Source: Isoptericola halotolerans
Lineage (GTDB): Bacteria > Actinomycetota > Actinomycetes > Actinomycetales > Cellulomonadaceae
Length of the DNA: 64,000 nt
Reading direction: 5' to 3'
NCBI RefSeq assembly: GCF_013149785.1
Contig: NZ_JABEZU010000002.1
Coordinates: 62,001 to 126,000 of the forward strand
Shown: positions 37,126 through 46,636 of the stretch, piece after piece
Position numbering within the stretch: the stretch's first letter is position 1
Layout: each line of letters begins with the position of its first letter
Notes under the pieces: generated by a model
The model's input: the letters and a program-made list of their open reading frames with translations, nothing else
What the model was told of the DNA's origin: nothing
Database searches by the model: none
Made by a program: the position numbers and the translations under genes

Positions 37126-37989
37126 TCAGCCCTTGGATGCACCCGACGTCAGGTCGGCACGCCAGAACCGCTGCAGGGCGATCATGAGCACCACCAGGAT
37201 CACCGCGGACACCGCCGAGCCGGTCACCACGAGCTGGTAGAACATCGGGTCGCGCTGGGTCTGCGAGTTCCAGAGGGTCAGGCCCAGGGTCACCGGGAAC
37301 GTCCTCGTGTCGTTGAGCATCACCAGGGGCAGCAGGTAGTTGTTCCAGATGGTGACGAACTGGAACAGGAAGATCGTCACCAGCGCCGGGCTCATCATGC
37401 GGGTGGCGATCGAGGCGAAGATCCGCAGGTCGCCGGCACCGTCCAGACGCGCCGCCTCCACGACCTCGTCCGGCACGCTGGCGTTCGCGTGGATACGTGC
37501 CAGGTAGACCCCGAACGGGCTGACCATGCTCGGCAGGAGGACCGCCCAGTAGGTACCGGTCAGCCCGACGCCGTTGAGCAGGAAGTACAACGGCAGGGCG
37601 ATCACCGTCGCCGGGACGAGCACGCCGCCGAGGATCACCGAGAACAGCACCTCGCGTCCTGGGAAGACGAACTTCGCGATCGCGTAGCCGCACGCCGCGG
37701 AGATGACCGTCGCGACCAGTGCCCCGAGCCCGGAGTAGACGATGCTGTTGACCACCCACCGGCTGAAGATGCCCCCGCTCTGCGTGAAGAGCCCGACCAG
37801 GTTCGACCACGCCTGGGGGCTGTCGGAGAACCACAGCCCGAACGTCGCGAAGAGGTCGCCGGGGGACTTGGTGGCGGCGATCAGCACCCACACCAGCGGC
37901 AGGAGGAAGTAGACGGCGGCCACGACGAGGATGCCGTTGATCGCCAGGGTGCTGACGGCGGGTGCCTGGCGGCGACGGACGGTCACCAT
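37126..37989 (-). CDS. Carbohydrate ABC transporter permease (MalG-like)
   Basis: EAARLDGAG EAA loop, WNNYLLPL; six-TM pattern. Confidence 0.92.
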   Translation of the reverse strand: MVTVRRRQAPAVSTLAINGILVVAAVYFLLPLVWVLIAATKSPGDLFATFGLWFSDSPQAWSNLVGLFTQSGGIFSRWVVNSIVYSGLGALVATVISAACGYAIAKFVFPGREVLFSVILGGVLVPATVIALPLYFLLNGVGLTGTYWAVLLPSMVSPFGVYLARIHANASVPDEVVEAARLDGAGDLRIFASIATRMMSPALVTIFLFQFVTIWNNYLLPLVMLNDTRTFPVTLGLTLWNSQTQRDPMFYQLVVTGSAVSAVILVVLMIALQRFWRADLTSGASKG

Positions 37990-38897
37990 GCGCGGTTCCC
38001 CTTCCTGTTGACGAGGCGGAGGAACCCGAAGGAGAACGCGAACCCGAGCACGGCGACGATCACGGCCATGGCGGCGGCGAGGTTCGGGTTCCCCTGGGAG
38101 AACGCCTGGTTGTAGGCGGCGAGGTTCGGCGTGTAGGTCGAGCTGATCGCCGTCGTCAGCGGCTGGAGGACCAGCGGCTCGACGAAGAGCTGCAGCGTGC
38201 CGATGATCGTGAAGACGGTCACGAGGATCACCGACGGGCGCACCAGGGGCAGCTTGATGTGCCAGGTGATCGACCACATCGAGGCGCCGTCCATGCGGGC
38301 GGCCTCCCGCAGCTCGCCCGGGATGGCGTCGAGCGCCGCGAGCAGGATGACCATGTTGTACCCGGCGAAGCCCCACAGGGCGATGTTGGCGATGGCGAAC
38401 AGGACGGTGCCGCTGGCGAGCGGCACGACGTCGATCCCCACGGCCGACAGGACCTGCAGGACCGGGCTGGTCGCCGGGATGTAGAGGAAGCCCCACAGCA
38501 GCGTGGCGATCACGCCGGGCACGCCGTAGGGGGCGAACGCCAGGACGCGGAAGAAGCGCGGCGCGCGGGCACGGCCCGTGTCGAGCAGCAGCGCGAGCCC
38601 GAGCGCTGTCACCACCATCAGGGGCACCAGGATCCCCGAGAACGCCAGCAGGCGTCCGAGGCTGGCCACGAAGGCCGGGTCCGTCAGCGCCCGCACGTAG
38701 TTGTCGAGCAGGACGAACGTCGTCTCCGGCGGGCCGAACCCCAGCCCGGAGCTCCGGGTGGCCAGCGTGCTCTGCACGATCGCATAGACGATCGGCGCGA
38801 CGAAGAAGAGCAGGAACATGACGACGAACGGCAGCAGGAGCGCCCAGAGGGCCGGCCTGCGCCGTGTCCGGCGTCGGACAGGCAGAATCGTGGTCAC
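37983..38897 (-). CDS. Carbohydrate ABC transporter permease (MalF-like)
   Basis: DNY, EAARMDGAS, IKLPLVRP. Confidence 0.92.
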   Translation of the reverse strand: MTTILPVRRRTRRRPALWALLLPFVVMFLLFFVAPIVYAIVQSTLATRSSGLGFGPPETTFVLLDNYVRALTDPAFVASLGRLLAFSGILVPLMVVTALGLALLLDTGRARAPRFFRVLAFAPYGVPGVIATLLWGFLYIPATSPVLQVLSAVGIDVVPLASGTVLFAIANIALWGFAGYNMVILLAALDAIPGELREAARMDGASMWSITWHIKLPLVRPSVILVTVFTIIGTLQLFVEPLVLQPLTTAISSTYTPNLAAYNQAFSQGNPNLAAAMAVIVAVLGFAFSFGFLRLVNRKGNRAW

Positions 38898-38952
38898 GAA
38901 GGCCCTTTCCGACGGCGGGGCCGGCACGTGCGGCCGGCCCCGCCGTGTGGCG

Positions 38953-40290
38953 TCAGTTGACGGAGATGCCGCGACCCTCGAGCGCGGCCACCATGTCGGT
39001 CTGCGTCTGCCGGTAGGCGTCGACGAGCGGGGTGCCGGTGTCCACGGCCTCCTTGACGTTGTCCGTCAGCGACGCGAACAGCGTGGACGACAGCGGCGGC
39101 CACTCCCACGACGTGTCGACGGCGGCGTCGGACTCGGCGAAGACCTCCCAGATGTCCTGCCCGCCGTAGAAGTCGAACACCTCCGGGTCGTCCTGGAGCG
39201 AGGCGACCTGGCTGGTGTCGGCGACGGCGGGCCAGCCGGCTCCGACGTTGGTGAGGATGTCGACGCTCTGCGGGTCCGAGTTCAGCCACAGCGCGAACTC
39301 GGCGGCGGCCGCCGGGTGCTCCGAACCCTTCAGCACGGCACTGGCGGACCCGCCCGCCCACGTGGCCGACACGTTCTCACCCGCGGACCACTGGGGCACG
39401 GGGCCGACGGCCCACTGCCCGGCCGTCTCCGGAGCGGTGCCGCGCAGGATCGCGTCGGCCCAGGACCCCGAGATCCACGTGACGATGTTGCCGTTCTGCA
39501 GATCCGCGTTCCACTCGTTGGAGAAGTCCGCCTCGACCTTGACGAGGTCCTCGTCGATCAGCCGCTGCCAGAACTCCGCGACGCTGATCGTCTCCTCACC
39601 GTCGATGGACACCGTCCACGCGTCGTCCTCGGCGGTGAACCAGCCGGCGCCGCCCTGCTGCGCCAGGCCGATGAGCCACGGCGCCTGGTTGAACGCGAAC
39701 GCGGTGATGTAGCGGTCGGGGTCCGAGTCCCGGATGACCTGCGCCGCCTCGTAGTACTCCTCCCACGTCTCGGGGTAGTCGATCCCGAGCGAGTCGAAGA
39801 TGTCCTCGCGGTAGAACTGCCCGAGCGGACCGGAGGCCTGAGGCACGGCGTAGACGCGGTCGCCGAAGACCCCCGTCTGCCACTGCCAGGGGACGAACGT
39901 CGCCTCGGCGTCGGCGACGTGGTCGGTGATGTCCTCGAGGGCGTCGCTGACGAGGAAGTCGGGGATGGCGTCGTACCCGAGCTGGACGACGTCGGCCGGG
40001 TTGCCGGCCTGGACGGCGGAGAGCATGGTCGCGTACCCGCCGTCGGGTCCGGCGGTGATGGTCTCCAGCGTCACCTGGATGTGGTCGTGCGAGTCGTTGA
40101 AGGCGTCGACGGCCTGGTCGATGTTCGGGACCCAGGACTGGAAGGTGAGCTCGACGGGCTCGTCCGGGGTGCCGCCGTCGGCCGTGCCGTCGTCGGAGCC
40201 GGTCGAGCACGCGGCCAGGGTGAGGGCGACGACGGCGCTTCCGGCGACCAGGCGCGTGAGCCTCGCGCGGCGCGCGGGATGGATGGACAT
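38953..40290 (-). CDS. Sugar ABC transporter substrate-binding lipoprotein
   Basis: Lipobox LAAC; SBP_bac_1-like motifs (YAVPQ, YREDIF, PETWEEY); AAGGAG RBS. Confidence 0.92.
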   Translation of the reverse strand: MSIHPARRARLTRLVAGSAVVALTLAACSTGSDDGTADGGTPDEPVELTFQSWVPNIDQAVDAFNDSHDHIQVTLETITAGPDGGYATMLSAVQAGNPADVVQLGYDAIPDFLVSDALEDITDHVADAEATFVPWQWQTGVFGDRVYAVPQASGPLGQFYREDIFDSLGIDYPETWEEYYEAAQVIRDSDPDRYITAFAFNQAPWLIGLAQQGGAGWFTAEDDAWTVSIDGEETISVAEFWQRLIDEDLVKVEADFSNEWNADLQNGNIVTWISGSWADAILRGTAPETAGQWAVGPVPQWSAGENVSATWAGGSASAVLKGSEHPAAAAEFALWLNSDPQSVDILTNVGAGWPAVADTSQVASLQDDPEVFDFYGGQDIWEVFAESDAAVDTSWEWPPLSSTLFASLTDNVKEAVDTGTPLVDAYRQTQTDMVAALEGRGISVN

Positions 40291-40344
40291 ACAAGCTCCT
40301 TTGCGTGCAGGCGAGGCACCCTCGTCTCAGATGGTGCACGCCTG

Positions 40345-40407
40345 ACGATATGGACCTGACGGCCTGCTCGTACATGGGCGAAGCGACGTGCCACCTGGAC
40401 GATCTGC
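40345..40407 (-). promoter_or_regulatory. Promoter with tandem AraC-type half-sites
   Basis: TATCGT -10 (40350-40345); + strand CATGG (40373) and CCTGGACGATCTGC (40394). Confidence 0.65.
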
Positions 40408-40435
40408 TGCTGCGGCACTCCCGGGAGGGGTGACG

Positions 40436-41314
40436 CTAGGTCGCCTGCACCAGCGCGTCGAGGCCGGGCTCGCCCGGCTCCTTGAGCGTGCCGGCCGCCG
40501 GTCCGCGGGACCCGAGGCCGGGCAGCTCGAGGTCCAGGTCGAGCGCACCGAGCCCCGCACCCCGCAGGTCGTCGAGGACGGCGCGCACCAGCCCTGGCAG
40601 GAAGTCGCGGCCGCGGCGCAGCGCCCACGGCACCCCCGCGAGGGTGAGCCACGCGGCCCGTTCCCACGCCGGGGGCGGGGGCGGCGGCGCGGGCAGCCGG
40701 GCGAGGTCCGGGAGGGCGACGCGCACGGCCCGTGCCGCGGTGACGGCCACGTGCCGGTGTCCCCAGGGCGAGGGATGCACGCGGTCCACGTACCAGGCAC
40801 CGGTGCCGAGCGGCCGGACGGCCTCGGCGACGTCGAAGACCACCACGCCGGTCCCGTCGCCTGCCTGGCGTCCGGCCACGGCGCGGACCGCCGCGTTCAC
40901 CGCGTCGATCCGCGTGCGCATCACCGACCGGACCCGTCCGCCGCACAGCTCGAACAGGCCGACGGGCGGCAGGGTCGCGAGGACGACGGCGGCGCCCGCG
41001 CCGCGCAGCGCCCCGACGCAGGTGGTCAGCCGCCGGGCGACGTCGGCGGGGGAGAAGTCGCTGCGCAGCGCGTCGTTGCCGCCGATCACCAGGGTGGCGA
41101 CGTCGGGTCGTGCCGCCAGCGCCCGGTCGAGCTGTTCGTCGACCACCGTCCGGGTGCGGGCGCCGTTGCGGGCCAGGTTCTCGAACCGGCCCGCCTCGGC
41201 CAGCAGCGCCAGGTGGGCCGCCCACCCGGGGCCGTGGGTCGCGTCGGGACCGACGGCGTCGCCCACGCCCGCCGTGATCGAGTCGCCGAGGGCGACGACC
41301 GCCGGCCCGTTCAT
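40436..41314 (-). CDS. SGNH/GDSL hydrolase
   Basis: ALGDSIT, GGND, DRVHPS; ATGA overlap with the upstream GT4. Confidence 0.88.
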   Translation of the reverse strand: MNGPAVVALGDSITAGVGDAVGPDATHGPGWAAHLALLAEAGRFENLARNGARTRTVVDEQLDRALAARPDVATLVIGGNDALRSDFSPADVARRLTTCVGALRGAGAAVVLATLPPVGLFELCGGRVRSVMRTRIDAVNAAVRAVAGRQAGDGTGVVVFDVAEAVRPLGTGAWYVDRVHPSPWGHRHVAVTAARAVRVALPDLARLPAPPPPPPAWERAAWLTLAGVPWALRRGRDFLPGLVRAVLDDLRGAGLGALDLDLELPGLGSRGPAAGTLKEPGEPGLDALVQAT

Positions 41315-42498
41315 CGTGCACCCCCCGCCACGAGGGGCGAGGCGCTGTGGAGGGTCAGCATCGCGCGCCCCGTCGCCGACCACGGGAACAGCTCGGCTCG
41401 CGCCCGCGCCGCCGCCCGCCGGGCTGAGGCAGGCCGGGCGAGCACCTGACGGACCGCCACCCCCAGCGCGGCCGGGTCGGGGTCGGCGCTCGCGCCGGCG
41501 GCCCCCACCACCTCGGGCAGCGCGCTCGTCGACGAGCACACGACCGGCGTCCCGGAGGCGAGGGCCTCGAGCGCGGCCAGGCCGAACGTCTCGATCGGAC
41601 CCGGTGCGACGACGACGTCGGCGCTCGCCAGCAGGGCCGCCACCTCGTCGCGGTCCGGCACGAACCCGAGGAACCGGTGCGGGACACCGAGCCGCTCGGC
41701 GCGTGCCCGCAGCACGGTGGACTGCGGCCCGCTGCCGGCCACCACCAACCGCACCGGGACGCCGTCGGCCACCAGCCGTGCGACGGCCTCGACCGCCAGG
41801 TCGACCCGCTTCTCCCGGGACAGCCGGCTCATCACCAGCACGACGGCCTCGCCGGCCGGGGCGAGCCGCTGGCGCAGCCCCGAGGAGAACCGGTCGGGCG
41901 TGAAGCGATCGAGGTCCACCCCGAGCGGCACCCGGTGCAGGGGAGGGACCGTGCCGGGCCGCCGCGCCGTCAGTCGCCCCACCTCCCCGGCGGCGAACTG
42001 CGTGGTGGCGACCAGCCGGTCGAACCGGCCGAGCGTCGCCCGGTTCCACGCGTCGGCCGTCACGGGAGCGAGCCTGCGCCCGACGGCGCCGGGACGCGCC
42101 CCGCTGCCCGCGCCGGGCCAGAACGCCGACAGCACCCCGTCGAGCCGTTCGTGGAGCATCAGCAGGGACGGCACCCCGGCCTCGCGGGCCCAGAGCCCGA
42201 CGCCGGTCAGGGTGGCGCGGTCGGAGACCTCGAGACGGTCGGGGGCCAGCGCGTCGAGCACGGACCGCACGGCTGCCGGCCGCACCACCACCCGGTACCC
42301 GGCCACACCGGGGACCGGCGGCGCGGCCACCTGCACCACGCGCACGTCGCCCTCCCACCGCACGGCCGCCGTCGGCCCCGGCACGACGAGCACCGGCTCG
42401 TGGCCGTGCGCCAGGTACTCCCGGGACAGCGCGTGCATCGCGGTACGGATCCCGCCCGACCGCGGCGCGTAGGCGTTGGCGACGTGCACGATCCGCAC
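41311..42498 (-). CDS. Glycosyltransferase family 4
   Basis: RIVHVANAYAPRSGG, SRLSREKR, ETFGLAALEALASG. Confidence 0.9.
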   Translation of the reverse strand: MRIVHVANAYAPRSGGIRTAMHALSREYLAHGHEPVLVVPGPTAAVRWEGDVRVVQVAAPPVPGVAGYRVVVRPAAVRSVLDALAPDRLEVSDRATLTGVGLWAREAGVPSLLMLHERLDGVLSAFWPGAGSGARPGAVGRRLAPVTADAWNRATLGRFDRLVATTQFAAGEVGRLTARRPGTVPPLHRVPLGVDLDRFTPDRFSSGLRQRLAPAGEAVVLVMSRLSREKRVDLAVEAVARLVADGVPVRLVVAGSGPQSTVLRARAERLGVPHRFLGFVPDRDEVAALLASADVVVAPGPIETFGLAALEALASGTPVVCSSTSALPEVVGAAGASADPDPAALGVAVRQVLARPASARRAAARARAELFPWSATGRAMLTLHSASPLVAGGAR

Positions 42499-42501
42499 CG
42501 T

Positions 42502-43626
42502 TCACACCTCCGAGGCGATCCGGATGACGCTCTCGTAGTGCTGGACGAGGTCGTGGCAGACCTTCGCCCACGTCCTGCCGAGCGCGCGCTCGCGGGCCGC
42601 GGTGCCGAACGCTCGTCGTTTGCGGGCGTCGCCGAGCAGATCGTCGACGTGGCCGCGCATCGCGGCGTGGTCGCCCGGCGGGTACAGCCATCCGGTGTGC
42701 GAGTGCGCGACGACGTCCAGGGGGCCGCCCGCGGCGGGTGCCACCACGGGCACCCCCGAGGCGTTGGCCTCCTGCAGGGTCTGGCCGAAGGTCTCCAGCT
42801 CGCCGGGGTGCACGAACACGTCCAGGCTCGCCATCGCGCGGGCCAGCTCCTCGCCGCGCAGCAGCCCGGTGAAGTGCGCGTCGGGCAGGAGCTGTTCGAG
42901 CAGCGCCCGCTCGGGGCCCTCGCCGACGACCACGAGCCGGAGGTCCTCGCGCCCGCTGAGTACCCGCAGCGCCTCCACCTGCTTCTCGGCCGCCAGGCGG
43001 CCGACGTACCCGACGAGCAGCGGTCGGCCGGCCCCGACCTCGCGCCGCCAGGCCTCGTCACGCGCCGCGGGCCGGAACTGCACGGTGTCCACGCCGCGGC
43101 CCCACCGGTGCAGGCGGGGTACGCCGCGGGCGCGCAGGTGGTCGATCGTGGGTGTGGACGGTGCGAGCGTGACCGAGGCGCGTTCGTGCAGGTTGCGCAC
43201 CCGCCGCCACAGCAGCGGCTCGAGGTGCCGCATGCCGTACCGCGCGGCGTAGCTGGGCACCTCGGTCTGGTAGACGGCGACGGTCGGCACACCGAGCGAC
43301 TCGGCGGCCTGCATGCCGCGCCAGCCGAGGGTGAAGGGCGAGGCGAGGTGGACGACGTCGGGCCCGAACGCCGCGAGCGTGCGCTCGATGCGGGCGCGCT
43401 GCCCGACGACGACCCGCACGTCGGCGTAGCCCGGCAGCCCGACGGACGGGATCTCGACCACGGGCGCGCCGTGCACGAAGGGTGGGACGGACTCCTCGTC
43501 GGAGTCGGGAGCGAGGACCAGGGCCTCGTGCCCGCACCGCTGGAGATGCTCGAGGACCCGCAGCACGGAGTTCGTGACCCCGTTGACCTGCGGGAGGAAG
43601 GACTCGGCGACGATCGCTACCCTCAC
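42502..43626 (-). CDS. GT4 glycosyltransferase, MgtA-like GDP-mannose alpha-mannosyltransferase
   Basis: VAIVAESFLPQVNGVT, HLASP, GRGVD, GRLAAEK, ETFGQTLQEANASG. Confidence 0.88.
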   Translation of the reverse strand: MRVAIVAESFLPQVNGVTNSVLRVLEHLQRCGHEALVLAPDSDEESVPPFVHGAPVVEIPSVGLPGYADVRVVVGQRARIERTLAAFGPDVVHLASPFTLGWRGMQAAESLGVPTVAVYQTEVPSYAARYGMRHLEPLLWRRVRNLHERASVTLAPSTPTIDHLRARGVPRLHRWGRGVDTVQFRPAARDEAWRREVGAGRPLLVGYVGRLAAEKQVEALRVLSGREDLRLVVVGEGPERALLEQLLPDAHFTGLLRGEELARAMASLDVFVHPGELETFGQTLQEANASGVPVVAPAAGGPLDVVAHSHTGWLYPPGDHAAMRGHVDDLLGDARKRRAFGTAARERALGRTWAKVCHDLVQHYESVIRIASEV

Positions 43627-43722
43627 GTTCCGCACTGTCACGGTCCGGGATGACCGGTGGGCGTGCGGCGGGCGACGTGTCGGGGTCGATGTCCCGAACG
43701 TCGGGGAAACGTTGGGGTGGAA

Positions 43723-45027
43723 CTACGCGGACCGGGCGAGCCGCACGATCCGCCACAGGCCCCCGGCCATGAGCACCACCAGGGCGAGGTTGCGCAGCGC
43801 CTCGACGGTGATCATCCAGCCGGCGCCGTCGAGGAACGGCCCGTAGGCGACCGGGTAGACGAGGTAGGTCGCGTAGGCGACGAGCACCATGCCGAGGGCG
43901 GGGGGCCACCAGGCGCGCAGCGCCCGGCCGGCGGGCAGCGTCGCGAGGGCGACCGCCACCGGGGGCCCGATCCAGGCGACGAACTGCGGCGAGCCCACCT
44001 TGTTGAACACGATCAGCGCCACGAGCTGCACGGCGGCGGAGAGCAGCAGGATCTCGTACGCCCTCTCGGGGCGCCGGCGCGCGGCCCACAGCGTCAGCAC
44101 GGCCAGCGCGACCACCGCGAGCGGGAGCAGCCAGTCCAGGGCGTCGGCGACGGCGTTCGCTGCCGCGCCCTGGAACTCGTAGGTGAAGATCACGTCGTTG
44201 TACTCGATCGCCACGCCCGGGTCCCACAGCCGGGCCACGGAGAACCAGGTGCCCGCCACGGACTCGGCCTGCAGCGTGCGCGATCCCTGCTCGCCGAAGA
44301 CGCTGAGGGCGCGGGTCCCGGCCCCGCCGACCAGGGCCAGCCCGACCACCACGGCGGAGACGATCGCCCCGGGGGCGACGACGGCCCGCAGCAGGTCGTG
44401 CAGGTCGCGGCGGGTGGCGGCGATCGCGACGACGACGGCGCCGGGGGCGATCTTGACCCAGGCCCCGACGGTGGCGACGGCGACGGCGAGGCATGGGTGG
44501 CGCCGGGCCAGCACGAGGGCGACCAGGATCAGGGGCGCGACGACGCCGTCGAGCCGGCCGAGGAAGATGGGGCCGAGCGCGAGCAGGAAGAGCAGCCACC
44601 ACCAGGCGCCGAGGGCCCCGCGGGGGGTGGCGCGGACGAGGACGACCGTGGCGACGGCGTTGAGCGCGACGATCATCGCCGTCCACAGGATCTCGTAGCC
44701 GAGCAGGTCGTCGGTGACGAGCGCCGGCGCCACGACCGGTGCGAGGGCGCCGGCGGGGTAGACCCAGTCGTAGTCCAGGACGGGCCACTGCCCGTTGTCC
44801 AGCCCGTGGCGGGCCCACCACTCGTAGAGGGTGACGTCGCCGTAGATCATGTTCTGCCAGCTGATGGCCTCGTGCACCAGGCGGGCGTGCACCACGACGA
44901 AGGCCAGGGCCAGCAGCCAGGGGGACTGCAGGAGGCTTCCGCCGCGGTCGCGGTCGCGGGTCTCGGGCGACGACGGTGACGACGACGACGCCGCGTCGCG
45001 CTCGTCGGCGGGCGGGTCGGCAGGCAC
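43723..45027 (-). CDS. GT87 (DUF2029) membrane glycosyltransferase (start 45027 or 45036)
   Basis: Polytopic; GDVTLY, WVYP, LQAES, NKVGSPQF. Confidence 0.82.
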   Translation of the reverse strand: MPADPPADERDAASSSSPSSPETRDRDRGGSLLQSPWLLALAFVVVHARLVHEAISWQNMIYGDVTLYEWWARHGLDNGQWPVLDYDWVYPAGALAPVVAPALVTDDLLGYEILWTAMIVALNAVATVVLVRATPRGALGAWWWLLFLLALGPIFLGRLDGVVAPLILVALVLARRHPCLAVAVATVGAWVKIAPGAVVVAIAATRRDLHDLLRAVVAPGAIVSAVVVGLALVGGAGTRALSVFGEQGSRTLQAESVAGTWFSVARLWDPGVAIEYNDVIFTYEFQGAAANAVADALDWLLPLAVVALAVLTLWAARRRPERAYEILLLSAAVQLVALIVFNKVGSPQFVAWIGPPVAVALATLPAGRALRAWWPPALGMVLVAYATYLVYPVAYGPFLDGAGWMITVEALRNLALVVLMAGGLWRIVRLARSA

Positions 45028-45062
45028 GCGCCACATCGTGCCAGACGGATCGGCGCGGGTCG

Positions 45063-45136
45063 GGTTCTGATCGTCATTCCGTGTTCTGTCCGGCAGTTCG
45101 AACTGCCGGACAGAACACGGAATGACGATCAGAACC
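45063..45136. repeat. Perfect 74-bp palindrome with no spacer
   Basis: GGTTCTGATCGTCATTCCGTGTTCTGTCCGGCAGTTC|GAACTGCCGGACAGAACACGGAATGACGATCAGAACC. Confidence 0.92.
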
Positions 45137-45152
45137 GGCCAGGCGGCAAGGT

Positions 45153-45196
45153 GATACTCCGTATCGCTTGACTGAGACTGCGTCGCGTCGCACTAT
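45153..45196 (+). promoter_or_regulatory. Promoter of the acyl-CoA dehydrogenase gene with a short operator-like palindrome
   Basis: GATAC-tcc-GTATC (45153-45165); TTGACT (45168) N17 CACTAT (45191). Confidence 0.5.
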
Positions 45197-45267
45197 GGAG
45201 GCAGACCGACGCCGCCGTCACCAGCCTCTGCGGCGGCGCGGTCGCCCCCGTGGAGAGTGAGAGACCG

Positions 45268-46515
45268 ATGAACCGCCCCGACCAGCCCGGCGTCACCGCC
45301 CCCGACTACGACGTCTCCCAGCCGTCGGACGTCGACTACGCCCGCGCCTTCGCCGACGTCGCACCGGCCGAGCGTGACCACCAGCTCGCCGTGCGCCGGT
45401 TCGTCCAGGACGAGGTGCTGCCCGTCATCGACGGCTACTGGGAGCGCGCCGAGGTGCCGTTCGACCTGGTCAAGCGACTCGGTGAGCTCGACTTCCTGCG
45501 CGACGGCGTCGACGTGCCCGGCCGCCCGCAGGTCTCCTTCATGGCCGAGGGGCTCGCCAGCATGGAGATGTCGCGCGGCGACGGGTCGGTCGCCACGATC
45601 TGCGGCGTCCAGGGCGGCCTCGCGCTGCGCTCCATCGTCATGCACGGCTCGCCGGAGCAGGTCGAGCGGTACGCCGAGCCCATGGCGCGCGGGGAGGTCC
45701 TCGGTGCGTTCGCGCTCACCGAGCCCACCCATGGCTCGGACTCCGTCTCGTTGGAGACCGTCGCCCGCCCGGCGACCCGCGACGGGGTCGACGGCTACGT
45801 CCTCACCGGCGAGAAGAAGTGGATCGGGTTCGGCTCCTGCGGTGACATCACCGTGGTCTGGGCCCGCCTCGACGACCCGGACGCCGGCGAGCGCCACGGC
45901 CAGGTGCACGGCTTCGTCGTGCCGCAGGACGCCCCCGGGTACACCGGCACCACCATCGAGGGCAAGATGGCGCTGCGGGCGATCTGGCAGGCGCACATCG
46001 AGCTCGACGACGTGTTCGTCCCCGCCGACGCCGCACTGCCCGGCGCCACCTCGTTCAAGGCGACCGCCGCAGTCCTCTTCGCGACCCGCCTCGCCGTGGC
46101 GTGGTCCGCGGTCGGGCACGCCGTGGCCTGCTACGAGGCCGCCGTGCAGTATGCGGGCCAGCGCGTGCAGTTCGGCAAGCCGCTCGCCGCGAAGCAGATG
46201 GTGCAGGAGCGCCTCACCCGGATGCTGTCCACCCTCACCCAGATGCAGCTGCTCGTCGGAAGGCTCACCGAGCTCGCGGACGCCGGGCAGCTCACCGGCG
46301 AGCAGGCGTCCCTGGCCAAGTACACCTGCACCCGTGGGGCCCGCGAGATCGCCTCGGTCGCCCGCGACCTGCTCGGCGGCAACGGCATCCTCCTGGCCAA
46401 CCGGGTGGCGCGGCACTTCGCCGACATCGAGGCCCTGCACACCTACGAGGGCACCGAGTCGATGAACGCGCTCATCGTGGGCCGCGACATCACGGGACTC
46501 TCCTCCTTCGCCTGA
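45268..46515 (+). CDS. Acyl-CoA dehydrogenase (glutaryl-CoA dehydrogenase-like)
   Basis: FALTEPTHGSD, GEKKWIG, RVQFGKPL, LGGNGI, TYEGT. Confidence 0.92.
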   Translation: MNRPDQPGVTAPDYDVSQPSDVDYARAFADVAPAERDHQLAVRRFVQDEVLPVIDGYWERAEVPFDLVKRLGELDFLRDGVDVPGRPQVSFMAEGLASMEMSRGDGSVATICGVQGGLALRSIVMHGSPEQVERYAEPMARGEVLGAFALTEPTHGSDSVSLETVARPATRDGVDGYVLTGEKKWIGFGSCGDITVVWARLDDPDAGERHGQVHGFVVPQDAPGYTGTTIEGKMALRAIWQAHIELDDVFVPADAALPGATSFKATAAVLFATRLAVAWSAVGHAVACYEAAVQYAGQRVQFGKPLAAKQMVQERLTRMLSTLTQMQLLVGRLTELADAGQLTGEQASLAKYTCTRGAREIASVARDLLGGNGILLANRVARHFADIEALHTYEGTESMNALIVGRDITGLSSFA

Positions 46516-46597
46516 CCACCAGCTCCCGGCGTGGGTCGACGCCGGTCGTGCATCACCGTCGTCGTCCACCAGCCGACGGCGCGGTGCACCCAGCGGC

Positions 46598-46630
46598 GAG
46601 CGCCGCCCCGAAGGATCCGGGGTGGCGCTC
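46598..46630. terminator. Hairpin between convergent genes
   Basis: GAGCGCCGCCCCG-aaggatc-CGGGGTGGCGCTC. Confidence 0.6.
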
Positions 46631-46636
46631 CGTCGT

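Noticed and set aside
40436..42691. 751-aa ORF suggesting a large SGNH fusion
   Set aside because: Upstream part is an alternate frame of the GT4 gene; the SGNH starts at ATG 41314 overlapping the GT4 stop
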